A program made the position numbers and the translations under genes. DNA of 64,000 nt from assembly GCF_009914755.1 (NCBI RefSeq), contig NC_060927.1; one strand, written 5' to 3'. Source of the stretch: the human T2T-CHM13v2.0 reference genome, Homo sapiens. Of the stretch, positions 14,256-28,979 are shown one piece after another; position 1 is the stretch's first letter, and every line of letters begins with the position of its first letter. A model generated the notes under the pieces. The model had not been told where the DNA came from and searched no databases. It saw only the letters and a list, made by a program, of their open reading frames with translations.

Positions 14256-14534
14256 AATATTGTTAATCAACCTCAGGTAATCAGGTAGGATCCACAATCA
14301 GAAAACTGCTCAGCTACGAAATCTCTGTACTTCTGTAAACAGTGTTTTGGACAAGCAGAATTTTACATTAATTTCCTCGGCTGAGAAAACAAAGGATCAC
14401 ACATCATATATTATATCATTCTTACCCACAGATAGCCTAAGATGATCAATAGAGAAAGCACTTATTCATAGATAGAAAAAGAAGTTTCTTCAAACAATTA
14501 GAAAGAAAAAAAGAGAAATATTTTAAAAGTCAAT

Positions 14535-14752
14535 TCATCTGAAATCAAATCTGCTCTTCTCATTTACTAGTGTGATGGACCTTTACAGCTTAAAGGACTT
14601 AATTTATATGAGTCCCAATTTCAGTAGCTATAAAAGCAGGGCTAGCAACACTTATTTTTAGAGCTATTGAGAGGATTAAATTAACTATTCTATATGAATG
14701 CAGCCAACTCTGTATTTGAATACATAGTAGATGCTTCAAAAATATTAGCTTC
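14535..14752 (+). mobile_element. MIR
   Basis: tcaaatctgctcttctcatttactagtgtga...gaggattaaattaa...acatagtagatgcttc...tattagct. Confidence 0.65.
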
Positions 14753-14989
14753 CCTTTCCCTCACTCTTATTTTCTTAGGTTCCATCTCCTAAAAAGTGAT
14801 AAAGAAGTGACAAAAGTATGTTTTTCTTCTCTATATTTTTGAGGGATATTTGATAGTACAGATTTTGTGTCCACGTAATTAATTTATCTCATTAAGAAGA
14901 AATGGTTCATCTAGAGATATATTATACAGCATTGTGATATATTCTTGAAAAATACTAAAACAGAGGATATTAAGCAGAAGTCACAAAAA

Positions 14990-15132
14990 TGATGACTATG
15001 TAAATTAGCAACCATGTGAATTAGCTAAATTTATCCATTTCACAATGTATATAGATATTTCAAATACACATTTTAAAACATTATGTTGTACACGATAAAA
15101 ACACAAATTATTTCTGTCAATTTAAAATAAAT
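14990..15132 (+). mobile_element. L1MA 3' end fragment
   Basis: gaattagctaaatttatccatttcacaatgtatata...aaaacattatgttgtacacgataaa...tgtcaatttaaaataaa. Confidence 0.75.
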
Positions 15133-17740
15133 GAATGAAGAAGTGATCTCTGTTTATTATCATGTACTTATTCTTATCTCTCCTATTGCTTATCCCTCAC
15201 TTACTAATATATATATAAAATATACATACATGATATGTAATACATATAAATATATATAAATCAATGCAAGATAAAAGTATATGCCAAACCAAATTTGTGC
15301 AAATAAGTGAAACTTACTAAAAGTATAGGTGTGACTAGGACATTCCAGAACATTGTGTTCTGTACATTTTCCCCTCTCCCATTTCTCTATCTTCTCTCTC
15401 ACCATGTTTTGTTATCAGTTCTAACTACAGAAAGAGAACACATTAATTGAATATTGGAAAGGGAAAACAGGGAATGATATGACCAGAGCTGGAGGCTACA
15501 CACAAGAGCCGGATCACGAAGTACAAAGCAAAAGGGTGTCAAATGAGTGGCACTGCCCTTGCCACACATGACGTTGGCACAACCTTTGAGATTTGTGGCT
15601 TGTTTTGCTTTTCCTTCACAACATAAATTTAGAATCTTTCGTCTCATTGTTCAATACGATGGTACAAAATGCTATGGCTTCTATTTGATCCTTTATAATG
15701 TAAATCAACAATTCTTTAAGCTCTTGCATAAAGGAAAATTATTAAAAATACAAAGTCTTAGCCCTTTAGACCCTTTAACTTCTCCACCATACAAATCAAT
15801 TCTGCATATTCATTTGGGAACCCAAACCATTTCTTTTAACGAGATGTGCACTGTGCAGCTTTAGACTGGTAAGCTTTAGCTCGGTTTCAGTAATGCTGCT
15901 CATGCATAAAGATGTAAAACAAGGCAGTGAAGAGATACAGATACATCTTCTAAACTAAAATGCTCATACCATTCGGCAACTGCTACTCCTCATACCTCCC
16001 CCAGAGGAAATGGGAATTGATATATACATGCCACACATGAGGTAAGGGAAGCAAAAAGAAACCATGTTCATAAGTTCACTTGGGTATAATCAAGCGATAA
16101 TCACATACAGAAAACAAATTGAGGAATAAGTGAAAAATTCAAAAAGCAATGTGGACAAAAAGCAAGCATATACAGACATTAAAATGAAAGGGGAAAATGC
16201 TTAGGGTAAAATCTCAGTTGAAAAGCACAACGGGGTCACTAAAACATTCAAGGGAAGATGGTTTATGTTTAGTTCAGGGACAAGTAATTAAAACCACAGA
16301 AAAAAGTGAAAAGAGGAAACAAAATTTCATACTGAGTGATGACTAGTGAGGAAGGAGGATTCATCTACTGGTAGTGCCACTCTGGAGAAATAGAATTACA
16401 TCTCCCATGTATACAAAACGGGAAAAGAGTAATAGGTAGAGAGAGCAAACTAAAGACACAGAGAGGAGGCAGCTGCTGATGAAGGCAATAGTTTCTCTTT
16501 CACTCGCAGGCAGACACACACATACACATAGATATATACACATTACAGCAATATTCATGGACTAGCTGGTGAAAGTTGCAATCAGCAAGGGTATTTCTGC
16601 TTGAATGGCTTGCAGGGTGTGATTACTGAATTAAATCTAATGAGAGAGAGAAAAGAGGCAGATCATAGGACAGAGAGTGAATTATAGTGTGGGTCTCTGA
16701 AAATTATAGGAGTTGTGCACCTTGGCAGTATTAGAAAATAGAAGTACGTGGTTGTTTCTTCTTCCATTTTTTAGTGTTATATGGATATAGTTTGTGGACA
16801 TTTCCTTCTGAATCACACAGAATTCCAGGAAGAATGTTTCTGAAGTGACTTCTCAGAATCCATATTTGGAATATGCTTATTGCTCTTCATATTAGCTGAA
16901 CCACAGGGCTGGAAAGAATCTGGATTGGTTGAAAATAAATCAGATCGTGGCCAAAAAATATTTAAAAACATAGAAAATGCATTTCTCAGCACTGAGCTTG
17001 AATTTCTTCATGTCGTGAGCTCGACATTGACTTAGTGTAACATGTGATATGGGGCTGACAAGCTTTTGCAAGCTGGGGTATTTTCTAATCTAAAATAGAT
17101 TAGGCATTTTCTGGGAATGGGAAGAAATGAGTAGATTAGGGATTGAATTCTGTTTTCTCTTTTCATCTCTTCTTTATTTTATCGTCCAATCATTCTCACT
17201 GGCATTTAAAACACACTTAATTTAGTCCTATCCTTGTAGAGCAAGTTGATGTCATCTAGTTTGATTTAGCCTATTTAGTCCAATAAGTTAATTGGTTAAT
17301 AGGCCATCTGTATGCATCAGGTGACAGGAATGCTAGGATGAATGCAATCACACACACATGTTAAATAAGACGACATGGGATTGTATAAAAACAGTTCAGT
17401 TTACTCCCTATGACTGCTAAAGTAAGGTTTTCTCATTTCTGATCTGCATTGCAGCACTGCCCTTGATATTCAAAGTTCTGCTTGGTAGAGTTCACAGGCC
17501 ACAGCAGTTCAGGAATTAATTTCCATAATTATCTCTCTAACTTCCTCATTATAAAAGGCATCATTCCTGGATGGCAAGAAGCCAACCTGCTGACCCCAAC
17601 AGGACAATGCCCCACATGAGACACCCAGATTGGCATGTGATTCCTTTGTCTCCTTTCGGATCATGTGAGCCACCTACAGGGACGCTACATTTATTCTAAA
17701 ATGGGATTATCGGCAAAAATGAGGAATAATCCTCTCTCAC

Positions 17741-18132
17741 TGATACAGTTTGGATGTCTGTCCCCTCCAAATCTCATATTGAAATGTGATTCCCAATATT
17801 GGAGGTAGGGCCTGGTGGGAGGTGATTGGATTAGGGGAGCAGGTCCAGCACCATCCCTTGGAAATAAGTGAATTCTTGTTCAGTTATCACGTGAGATTCG
17901 GTTGTTTAAAAGTATGGGACCTCTCTCTTGCTCCTGCTGCCACCATGTGACATCTGTTCTTCCACTTCATCTCTGCCATGATTGTAAGCTTCTTGAAGTT
18001 CTCACCAGAAACTAAGCAGATGTTGGTGCCATGTTTGTACAGCTTGAAGAATTTTGAGCCAATTAAACCTCTTTATAAATTACCCATCCTCAGGTATTTC
18101 TTTATAGAAACACAAACAAATAACGTAATACA
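17741..18132 (+). mobile_element. MSTB-like MaLR solo LTR
   Basis: tgatacagtttggatgtctgtcccctccaaatctcat ... gagccaattaaacctctttataaattaccca ... taataca; TSD ctcac/gtcac. Confidence 0.9.
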
Positions 18133-18184
18133 GTCACGGAAGCATCCTGGTACCGTGAACAGCATGTGGACTTCTGTAGGAGAT

Positions 18185-18340
18185 AACCTTGAGTTAATAT
18201 CCCAACTCCAAATTTACTAGTCCTGTCACCATGTGAAAGTTGGTTGCCTTGTTGGAGCCTCAGTTTATTCAACTGTTAATGGGGGATGGTGGTTTTGACC
18301 ATTCAGGATTGTTATAAGGTTTAGAGATAATAAAGTGTCT
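18185..18340 (+). mobile_element. MIR
   Basis: Core gagcctcagtttattcaactgttaatggggg...aggattgttataaggtttagagataat. Confidence 0.6.
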
Positions 18341-19169
18341 CTATAGACAGTATTTTTGTTAATAAACTAAGGGCTATTTGTCGGGAAGGTTAATTTAGTT
18401 GAGATATGTAAAATAAAGTCTTCAGAGACATGAGAACTATAGAGTTAATTAATACAATGATGATATAACAAACATTTATTTCTTTGTTTGCCTTTTGCTC
18501 TTGGGTCTTAAAAAAGTAGTTACAATAATTCAAAGAAAATTTATGTAATACTTTATAGTGGAAAAAATTATTTTCAAGATATTTGGCTAATGCATCTTTT
18601 ACATAGAGAGGTTCCTTTAATTATTACAAAAATTGCATGAAGTAGCTAGTCATTTTAATTTTCACTTATCAAATGAGTATACTGAGACTCATAGACAGGT
18701 CACCTATTAGAGTTGAAACTGAAATCCTGGTCATTGGACATCTGATGCCAAATATGCTAAATGACATCATACCAACACTTTGGTGGAAACCCTAGCTTCA
18801 AAAAACTCCCATGAAAACAATAGATCTTCATCAGTCTATTGGGATCATATGTGAATAAGGGAATGGTAAGAGGCAGAATTGGAGATAATTGGAGCAGACT
18901 TTGTACCGAAAGAAAATGATGAAGTATATGAAAGGATGTTCCAAGAAAAGAGAATGCCATGAACTGTTAATATAGAAAGGAAAAAAAAAAAAATTCTATG
19001 TGAAGAGAACTGAATTCCATTAGGCAAACCAGGGCCAAGCCAACAGGTATTAGAGACAAACTCAATGGAAGGAAGTATAGATCAGTGGGCTTTTGTGACC
19101 TTGCTGAGAAGTGTGAACTTGGTAAAGTAGGCAAGTGAAAGTCCCTGCCAAGTCAGTAATTTTTTTCTT

Positions 19170-19730
19170 TCATTTATTTATTCATCTATTCATTTGTTTC
19201 TACATTCACTTGCATATCTAAGAATGAATAGAAATGGTTACTGTGTCCCAGACATACTGCTGAATGTTATGTATAAAAGAAGAATAACAGACAGGCCAGG
19301 CCACAAGAAATTTAAACTGCAGTGAGGTGACAAACGTGTGAATACTATTTCACTGGTCCCAAAAGGGGCAGAATGAGGGGTTATAGTCTGTGAAGTGATT
19401 GGGAGGACTTCAGAGAGGAGTTAGTATCTGACCTGGATTACAGAAGATGATTCAAAGTGCTCTGGGGGCCAGAGCTTATGATCATGGATAACTGGTTTGG
19501 AATGGACAGAACGTGTGCTAGATGCCAACACTACAATCCAGAAGTGAAGTGATTAGGACCTAGGGTAGAGTTATGGCTGGGGAGATGAATTTTAAAGGGG
19601 GAGATTAGTAACATTTAGTAACTGATTAGATTTGGAGGTCAAAGAAAAGGGAATAATTGAAAAATTGATGGTGATGAGACTGGTGCATTGAGAGGATCGT
19701 ATGAAATTATTAATGATTAAGAGATAGGGC
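19170..19730 (-). mobile_element. L2 fragment (3' end, antisense)
   Basis: (CATT)-like tail, tactgtgtcccagacatactgctgaatg, ggaggacttcagagaggag, gtaactgattagatttggagg. Confidence 0.6.
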
Positions 19731-20049
19731 AGGACTGACAGTGCTGCTCCTCAGTGCTTCCATCACAGCTCTTCTCCCCGTCCAGAAAAAAGCTCCTAGA
19801 CCTTAAAAGCCACTGCATAATTTTTACTTTCATCTGTCTCTTCTGAATACAATTAATGAGCATGGGGACAAGAAGAGACCGAGAAGGAGACCGTGTCCTG
19901 GCCCCTATCAGGCACTCAATTGATGTTTGTTCAGTTGAATCTAGTCTGAGAGGTGGGAGGCAAGGACATCACTGATGACAACTCAGAGGGAATTCTGAGC
20001 AGCAGCACAGAGTTTCGCTGGAAGCGGAGACTCGTGGACCTCTGAAACC

Positions 20050-20290
20050 CTCCAGAATGGAGCCTCAGCACCTCCAGTAAGTGGGAAGTTTAGGACAAGT
20101 GAGTTCATGTCTTTTTGTCTCAATGTCCTTATCTATACATTGGAGAGCATAGTACTCTTCACCTGACGGGATACTAGGAAAAATCAGTAAGGTAGTTAAA
20201 TACTTCAGTGACTTAACTATACATTTTAAGTGTTAGAACAGCATCTGATGCATAGTAAGTGTTCAAAAAGTTTTGTTTTTATTAGTTACT
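20050..20290 (+). mobile_element. MIR
   Basis: aggacaagtgagttcatgtctttttgtctcaatgtccttatctata...tagaacagcatctgatgcatagtaagtgttcaa. Confidence 0.65.
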
Positions 20291-23200
20291 AAAGAACATA
20301 TTTTTAAAGGCAAAGTAAAGAGTTTTTTAAAAATGAGAGCTGAACGCAGGCACTGGATATGATTTCAGAGAAAGCCAGTTTAGTTAGGAGGTAACCATGG
20401 AAGCCTGGTTTTGAAGTCAAGAAGGAAGAGATGGTGAACTAAATGAGACATCAAATGGAATATACATAAGTCAAGCCTTGGAGTATGGGGCAAACTTCAC
20501 AAAAACAAGGAAAATACATTCTGTACATGGCATGTATAAGAATAAGAGCTCATCATTAAGTTGCTCCATTTAAATAAAAGAAATAGTAATAGAGAACTCA
20601 GTTTACAGTTATCAAAATGCCAATAAGATCAAGACTATACAAAACGAACAATAGCATTCACATGAGAAATTGATAATGTCACAATTCTGGAAGCAAGCCT
20701 AAGTCCCTGCGCTTCAGATAATAATGGGAAAAGCCACACATGTGATGTGCATTCATGCAATTGAGTCCCAGAGGAGTCACAGCTAAACTAATCTTAAGGT
20801 CTGTAGTCCCTTTCCAGGTACTCTCCAAAATGATCTCAAATATTTTCCCTCTTTCCTGCTGACAAAATCTAAACGATCTAAAAGCATCTCCAATGAGTAC
20901 AAGAGGAAAGAACAGAACTGTTAGCAAATGTGCATTTGAGCTTCACACTCCCAGGGTTTTCGAAGTAATAAAAACCAATTAGATAACACTCAGCAGCTAT
21001 AGCGAGAGAAAGCAGTGCAATCTTACCACTACTAATAGGGTTTTTAATAATAGATAGGTTTCTCTCAGCAGAGCTGGAGTTGGAAGTAGCAGAAGTATCA
21101 ATTGCACAGCATTCTGCTGACCAATACTCAATGCAAAAATTAATGCAGTGGCTTTGTCAGTTTAAACTGGTCAGTTAGAGGCAGGGACCATTGGAACCCT
21201 GCAGAGGTAAGAAATGCAAGAAACAGGAAATCAAGTGTTCTGTTTAGATGTTATAGGTTAGGTTACAATCTACTTCAGGAGGAACTCAAGGAGGTCCGGA
21301 TCTAAAGAATTTAAAGGTACAACTTTAGGTTAAATTCTTCAAGTCAAGGAATGCTGGAAACTTTGATGCTATGAAGTTTTTGACTTTCTAAGTAGAGCAA
21401 CTTCTATCTGCAGGTGGAGTGCTAATGTACACATCTTCTTTCATATTAGATGGTAACCAAATAACTATAAGCTGTCTTTGTTTTTGTTTTTTTTTTTTAC
21501 CATATTCACTATTCAGAAAAATTATTTGCCTAATGCTTCTTTGCTTAAAACACAAAGTATGCACAAAGTATTTGTTCTGTTGTCATAGAAACCATCATTA
21601 AAATAATTCACCAATGCTACTTAATTCATCATTCCATCGTCCCTTCAAAACTGTCAAAAGAGGACTCTATAAAAAGAGGGAAATGGTATCTTAGAGGAGG
21701 TAAGGAATTAGGGAGGGGCTCAGAATAGGTTCTTTTGAGAGGTTCCTGCACACCAACGGGCAATAGCTCCATCGCTTCTAGCTCATATGCTTTTCTTTCT
21801 TTTCATCCACACCATTCTTTTAAGTATAATCATTTAGGTTTTTAGGCATTTCCTCAGGGTGTGTGGTTATAGTGCAAATTTTGTATGATCAGATCAGGCT
21901 TGTGAATAATACATTTGTCTGTGAATAAACTCCCCAGGGCATGTCCTCCTGGCTGAGTCTCTGTAATGAAGCATTTGACTGTAATTCACTTAAGAATGTG
22001 AGAGATGTAAACATATGTGGGTGGAGAGAGTGTAGAAAAGACTTGAAAGCACTGTGCAACTATTTTCTCCTCGGGATTCAGTGTTGCATTCAAATGCTGC
22101 TTAGAGAAAGCAGCTGTTGGTTGTTATGAGGTTACTCATAATAGCCTTTCAGAGCAAAGGGGAAAGTGAATTGACACTGACCAAAAATACTGGGTTGGGT
22201 AAAATAACCACATGGAAAAGTGATGGGTTGCAGTCCAGAGAGCTCACTTCTAGTTCTGCCCCTGACAAATTCATGACCCAAGATAGCACATTTCACGCCT
22301 CTGAACAGTCCCATCTGCAACGTGAAGCATCAGAATTATTCTCAAAGGTCCTTCATAACTTTAACATTTTTTGACTACACATCTTTTATGCCATTTATAC
22401 TAAAGGTTTCTGCAACTTCTTGAGATATGTTAGACTGTTCACAAGGTTTCAGGGTTTTTCCCAGTTCGGTCAAAAACATGGAGGAGTCTGAACATTTCTG
22501 ACGTTGGTTTTGCATTAAAACTGGCAGAGGGTGGGGGAAGTTAAGGGGAGTTAAGAGTCTCACTAGCCTAGTGTTTCCTAAAGGTGCTAGATTATACACA
22601 GTAATAGAAGCATTTACTTAAAATATAAATCCTGAAGACTTTCCACTGGAAGCATATTACTCAGTAGGACCCTGGGGATTGGTATGTCAACAAGAACTCC
22701 ACATGAATTTTGTGCTCATGTCAAAATTCTCATGTGGGATTCTGGCCTTGACTTGAATTCAGAGAAAGTGCTGATTATTTGATGTCTGTCACTTTCATTA
22801 AATAGAAATGAGGTGGTTCTTAAACGTGATGTAAGGTCAGATGTATGTGGTGGATATAGCTTTTTTGTTTTTTTTCCTTCTGGGTCCCCACCCTGACCCA
22901 AGCTATGAAACTTATGTTTTTCAAGTTCTTATGGAGAAGTCTGACCCCTGCAGACCTCATAGAGGGTAAAGCCAGATCCACTTGTGAAGCCAATAAACTT
23001 ACTTCTTAGGAAGCCCAAACAAAACGTGGAAATTCAAGACCAAAAGAGAAGCTGCAGCTCTGAAAGGAAGTTGAGTTCCAAGAAAACTTTAGGGAGCAGG
23101 ATAACTGCCTTCGGAGGGATGTATTTAACATCCTTTCCTCACATCTGCTACTTTTTATGTTTGTCCCAGTGAGTACTCTCTTCTACTAGTCAAGATATTA

Positions 23201-25416
23201 ATAATTTTTTGTCACTGAATTCATGCAGGTATCATTTTGTGCCCAACCACTATCATGATACAGTACCCCAAGATTCATGTGTAAAGATGATTTAAATATT
23301 TTATCCTTTATTACTTGTTGCTCCAAATTTTTTTTTTCAATCTAAAGGAGTAATTGATACAAATCCAGTTAATTGGGTGGATGGTGAACTAGATGCATTG
23401 ACAATACTCCAACCATTTTTATTTTAACTTGTAATCCTTTTAAGTGACTTTCTGATTTAAGTTAATTTCCTAATGGGAATTATTCACACAAACACTTCCC
23501 CAAATTACTGAGTTTACTGTCCCTTCTTGAGACAGTAAAAGAAATTCAGTAACCTAAATGTTCATGCCTTCTTACTAGGAAGACTTTGGGAAGAGCAGTT
23601 GCTGCTGTCACACTCATTATCCTTTAAGAAATAAATATGGAAAGTGTGTTTACTCTGCTAGGTGTTCAGAACCCTCCCTCAAATGAATAGTTGCCACTTT
23701 TGTAATGTACAAGTACTTTTAAAGATGATCTAACAAGCCATGAATATAACTAGGCTTTTCGCCCATCCTTTTCTTTCAGAAATCCGCTGTGTGGGCCATT
23801 GCAAACCAAAAGGTTGTTTGTGATTGGTAGACTACAGATGAAAATATAAAGTTATAAAAAATCAACTTGAACTTAATTTTAATATAGTTACAGATGAGAA
23901 TTTGGTATGAAAGCTTATATATATAAATTAATGAAAATTTTACAGAGCATGTTATTTTCTGTTGTGCTATCTGAATACTATTTGAAAAACTATTAAAAAT
24001 AAAACAATAATTTCCAAGTTTCATATTAAATTTAAAGTGTTAAAAATATCTAAGTTGAAATATCAGCTGTGAGGTATCACAGATTGGTGCAATGTTACAG
24101 TTTGGGAAAGACCAGTAAAGGACTAAGCTGTTATTGTTTGCAGGTGTTCCTCCTACCCTTATTCCCTACTTTATGATGATGAGAAATATAAACCAGTGGA
24201 AGGTTGAACATTTCCTTATTTTAATGGGAATTAAACTTTACTTCCCGCTGAGGACTACAAACAATGTTAAAAGAATTGAGGCAAAGTTTTGTTTGTTTTA
24301 AGTAGGAAATCATTGTGCCTGTTTTCACTGTGAACAAGTTTACCAGCCATGTTATTTTCAAGTTGTATCTATGCACCATTGCAGGACGTACCTCTTTCCA
24401 AACAACAGCAGCCCGAAATCGGGAGAGTTAGACAGACTCTCCCAAATTTGTAAAACTTTGGACAAGGAATGATTATGTTTCACCCAGCTAGTAGGTAAGA
24501 CATTTGATGACACACATTCTCTAAATATCAGTTGAGTCACCCCTTTCCTGTTTGTGTGCTATTAAGACTTTGAGGTAAGCCCTGTAGAGTCTAGGGGTTG
24601 GGGAGGGAAGAGAGAGGAAATGGATTTTGGTATCAGACATATCTGATGTAAATCTTTGGCTTGCTAATTAAAAGACTGAATGAACTAAGGCAAGTTATTC
24701 GAATTTTTTGATTCTCAATTTCCTTGTTGTTATAATTTCAAAAAGTAATATTAGAATAATACCTACCCTGAGTCCTTGGATCCAGTAAACCCTCAAAAAA
24801 ATATAGTAGTAGCTACCACCATGACAACTACTGTACTCCTACCACAATTTTATTTCAATATGAATTATTATTATCACTATATGCAACCTTACCTTTCTTC
24901 ATAATATTTTTCCCATATGATTTATAACCCAGGCAGAAACTATCTTCCCACACATGCATAATCACATTGTCACTTGTCCCTGCACGTACCAGCAAATGCT
25001 TAGCAATTGTGAAAGGGCAATTTCTCTATCACTCAATAATTCTTTGCCTGTTAGAATGGACATAGTTGAAGAGCAATCTGTACTATGGTATTGTATACAG
25101 CAGCTGGTTTTTTTTTCAGGCATTTACCGAAAAGCTTTAGAAGTAATTCCTTAAGCTAACAAGATCCTGAACATGGAGCTGTTATGAAAAGCTCAGTGGC
25201 TCTCACCTCACCAAGGCTGGAGGAGAGAGGTGTGTGTCAGGACTTGGAATGAGGCAAGACATAATGGAGGAAATGCTTTGGGGTCAGTCACTTTTCCCCA
25301 ACACCTCATTAAGTCTGTATCAGAGGAAAAAAAGGTTCAAAGACACTTTTAGAATACTAGCCTTTTTATCTGAAAATAGGCCTCATGTAGGGAAGGAAAA
25401 AACAGCTTAAGCTAAG

Positions 25417-25714
25417 CAAGATAAGTAAGTCTTAGAGATCTATAGTGTCTATAGGTAACAATACTGCATTGTAAACTAAAAAATTTGCTGAAAGGGTGGG
25501 TCTTATGATAAGTGCTCTTATAATCTTATTGATTACATTAATAATCAATAAAGTGAGGTGGGAGAAAACTTTTGGAGAGAATGGATATATTTATAGCATG
25601 GATTGTGGTGATGGTTTCATAGTGTGTACCTATCACCACATTCATTAAGTTGTATACATGAAATATGTTCAGATTATCATGTGTCAATCGTAACTCAATA
25701 AAGTAGTTTAAAAA
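25417..25714 (+). mobile_element. L1MB/L1MC 3' end
   Basis: ggtaacaatactgcattgta...aaaacttttggagagaatggatatatttatagcatggattgtggtgatggtttc...ctcaataaagtagtttaaaaa. Confidence 0.8.
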
Positions 25715-26057
25715 GAGATGAGTTTAAACTTAAGTTCCTTGTGTGAAATCAGGTAAATTAAAACACAAATATAAAGAAAACATAAAAAAAGTATTAGTTC
25801 AACAAGCTTGATGCTTCTCACACTCCGCTTTTCCTGTCTACTTTCATTTCCTTAATCTTCTTCCTTTAAGAATTAACCAAACTGTATGTTCCAGTGTGGA
25901 AACTCTGGAACTTGTGTGTGGTAGGAACAGATTTGAAACACAGTCCCCGTCCGCAAGCTCCGTCCTCCCTTTCTCCACTCCTAGACTGTTTTCTGGGTCC
26001 CTTTCCCTTTCCTACTCTTGGTTTGCTTCTCAGGCCTCTCTTTTCTCTTTCACAGCC

Positions 26058-26412
26058 TGGTTTACGACATTTTATGCTGCTATAACAGAATACCACAGAC
26101 TGGGTAGTTTATAATGAATGACATCTATTTGGTTCACATTTCTAGAAGCTGAGAAGTCCAGGATCAAGGGGCCACTTCTAGTGATGGCCTTCTTGCTGCA
26201 TCATCCCATAGTGGAAAAGCAAAAAGAGGGTGAGAAAGAGCAAGCAGTAGAACTCACAGCCTCAAGCCCTTTTATAATAGGCATTAATCCATTCATGGGG
26301 GTGGAGTACTCATAATCTAAAAACCTCTCATTAGGTCCCACCCCCAACACTGTTGCATTGGAGATTAAGTTACCAATAAACACTTTTGGGGAGACATATT
26401 CAAACCATAGCA
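26058..26412 (-). mobile_element. MSTC/MSTD-like MaLR solo LTR
   Basis: Minus strand begins tgctatggtttgaatatgtctcccc; plus strand has gctgctataacagaataccacagactggg; perfect 5-bp TSD cagcc (26053-26057 and 26413-26417). Confidence 0.9.
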
Positions 26413-26506
26413 CAGCCCATGCTGACAGCCTCATAAAAATAAATTCAACAGCAGATGTGCCATATGCTCTTACAAAATGCTGGTCACAATAAACTGGCTG
26501 TGGCAC

Positions 26507-26561
26507 AAAAAAAAAAGAGAGAGAGAAAGAGAGAGAGTGAGAGAAAGAGAGAGAGAGAAGA
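26507..26561. repeat. A/(GA)n purine microsatellite
   Basis: Read directly from the sequence. Confidence 0.9.
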
Positions 26562-26776
26562 GCAGTTTAGATTATATTGATGAACCTTGGTTATAGTGAT
26601 ATAGATGGCAAACCCTACCTACCTACAGATCTAGGGATAAACGAGTGTGCAGTGCAAAATTGTAGTAACCACAGAGGCCATTTCTTGCAAATTATTTGAG
26701 CACACGATGGGAAATGTTCAGGAAGGCTAGGGATGCAATGAGATGGTGCAATGAGAAACTTTAAATTTCAGAATGA

Positions 26777-27127
<351 letters not shown>

Positions 27128-27307
27128 TAACTATGGAAAAGGGCACATTTTTCCCCCCTTCAGAATTGTCTGAGTCATTCCTGAGAAAGGTTGAGAGAAA
27201 TCTGAGTAGGATGGCAGCCTAAATGTCACAAGCCTGGCCCTTTATACCCAAAGATCTTATTTAATTCCTCAAGAGCTGAGTCTACTTTAATGCAGAGAAA
27301 CAGGAAG

Positions 27308-27510
27308 TGTATGGGTTAAGAACAGATACTGTGAGATCGAATGCTGAGTCCAATTCAAGTTCCATCTTGGGCAAGTTATACTTAATCACTCTATGCCTCA
27401 GTATCTCATCAGTAAGAATAGTACCTACTTCATAAGTTTGTTCTAATACATAAGTCAGTTAATATACAGAATTCTCCCCTCAGCACCTGAGATATAGAAA
27501 ATGCTTAAAT
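27308..27510 (+). mobile_element. MIR
   Basis: ggttaagaacagatact...cttgggcaagttatacttaatcactctatgcctcagtatctcatc...tagtacctacttcat. Confidence 0.75.
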
Positions 27511-28979
27511 ACATATCTGTATCGTATAAGCTATTATTAGATGCACACAATTTATTTGAATTTTTATAAATGGAACAGATAATTTCTTTTACATTCTCTA
27601 ACTGCTCATTTTCCCAAGGTAGGGGGTGGGATTCCTGTCTTCCTATCGCTAGAAGGTCCTTTTAAAGAAGTGTCTGTTTTTGGGCCCAAGCACCTACCTC
27701 TTTCTGACTTTTAAGTAATAAGCAAACTGTTGTGTACACTGAGGAATCTCTAGCAGCCCATAAGTACTTAGAATTTCATAGTTTAAGAAAAGTAGGAGGA
27801 TGACATCTGTCAGTGATGGAGACATGGGCCAAGGCAGGTAATCATAGAATTTGGATGACTTCATTGTATCAGCAAACCTTAGGGTGGCATTTTTCTCTCA
27901 ACCAGTAAACATACTACCTGATACATGACCATATGAAAAGATAAAAGTATGTTCATAAATACTGCATCGAATTTTAAAGCTTAATTTAAGAACTCTTTTC
28001 TTTTTAACTTTCTGCAATGCTAAACTAGTTCTTCCAATATAAGTAGAGACATTAGCCTGAGCCGAAGCCCAGAGATAGCAATGTCTCTACTTGAAATAGC
28101 CTCCTCTTTTTCTGCACCTAGACCTTCAAATGCATGTAGAACGTAACCAGTGATAATTATAGCCACGTGACCGCCAAAGCTCTCACACTGACATGACAGC
28201 GTTGTGTTTAATTCTTAGAACAATTTTATGAGGTAAGTACTGCTGTTATCACTGCCATACACACGAAAGAGGGGTGTTGTTATCACCTCTCTACTCATTT
28301 ATTGTCTTTCTGTTTTTCTTGTGGACAACTTTATTAATAATTTCTTTCCACATGAAATAAATTAACGCATGTTTTATTATGTTCTGTGATTGATCTATCT
28401 TCCCATTTTACCTTCTGAGAAACAAAATTAAGTCCTTACCATTGCTAGGTAGATATTAAAGGCAGTATAATTTCTTTTTAAAGACTTAAAATTATCATTA
28501 ATTCAGGATATAAAAACTAAACACTGTTCTCACTTCCAAAAGATGATGGATGTCCATTGGGGAATACAACAAATATTTTTCTATGTAGCATTTGAGAAGG
28601 GGTAAGAAAAAAATTTGGAAGGATAGGCCTCAGCCAAATGGAAGATAATTGACATTTTCTTTTAGGAGTTGTTAATTAAAACAACATTAAGTATTCTCCC
28701 ACAATCTTTTGTCAGTCAATAGGATAGGCCACTAGAACTGCCACTGAGGGGCCCATCAAAACCTATAACATTCTCCCAGAGTAGCTAATTACAGCCATTT
28801 TAAAAGGTTTCCAATGCACTCACCAACATTTTTTTTTTAAGAATTCACTTCTATAAAACATTAAAATGTTAACAACCTGCCATAGAGAAGATGCTATGTA
28901 GAAGCATTCAATCAACATCCTGGAGCAATGTCCAGTCATCGTTATGTTATATAGGTCAAATCCTGTTTTTAAAAGGCAT

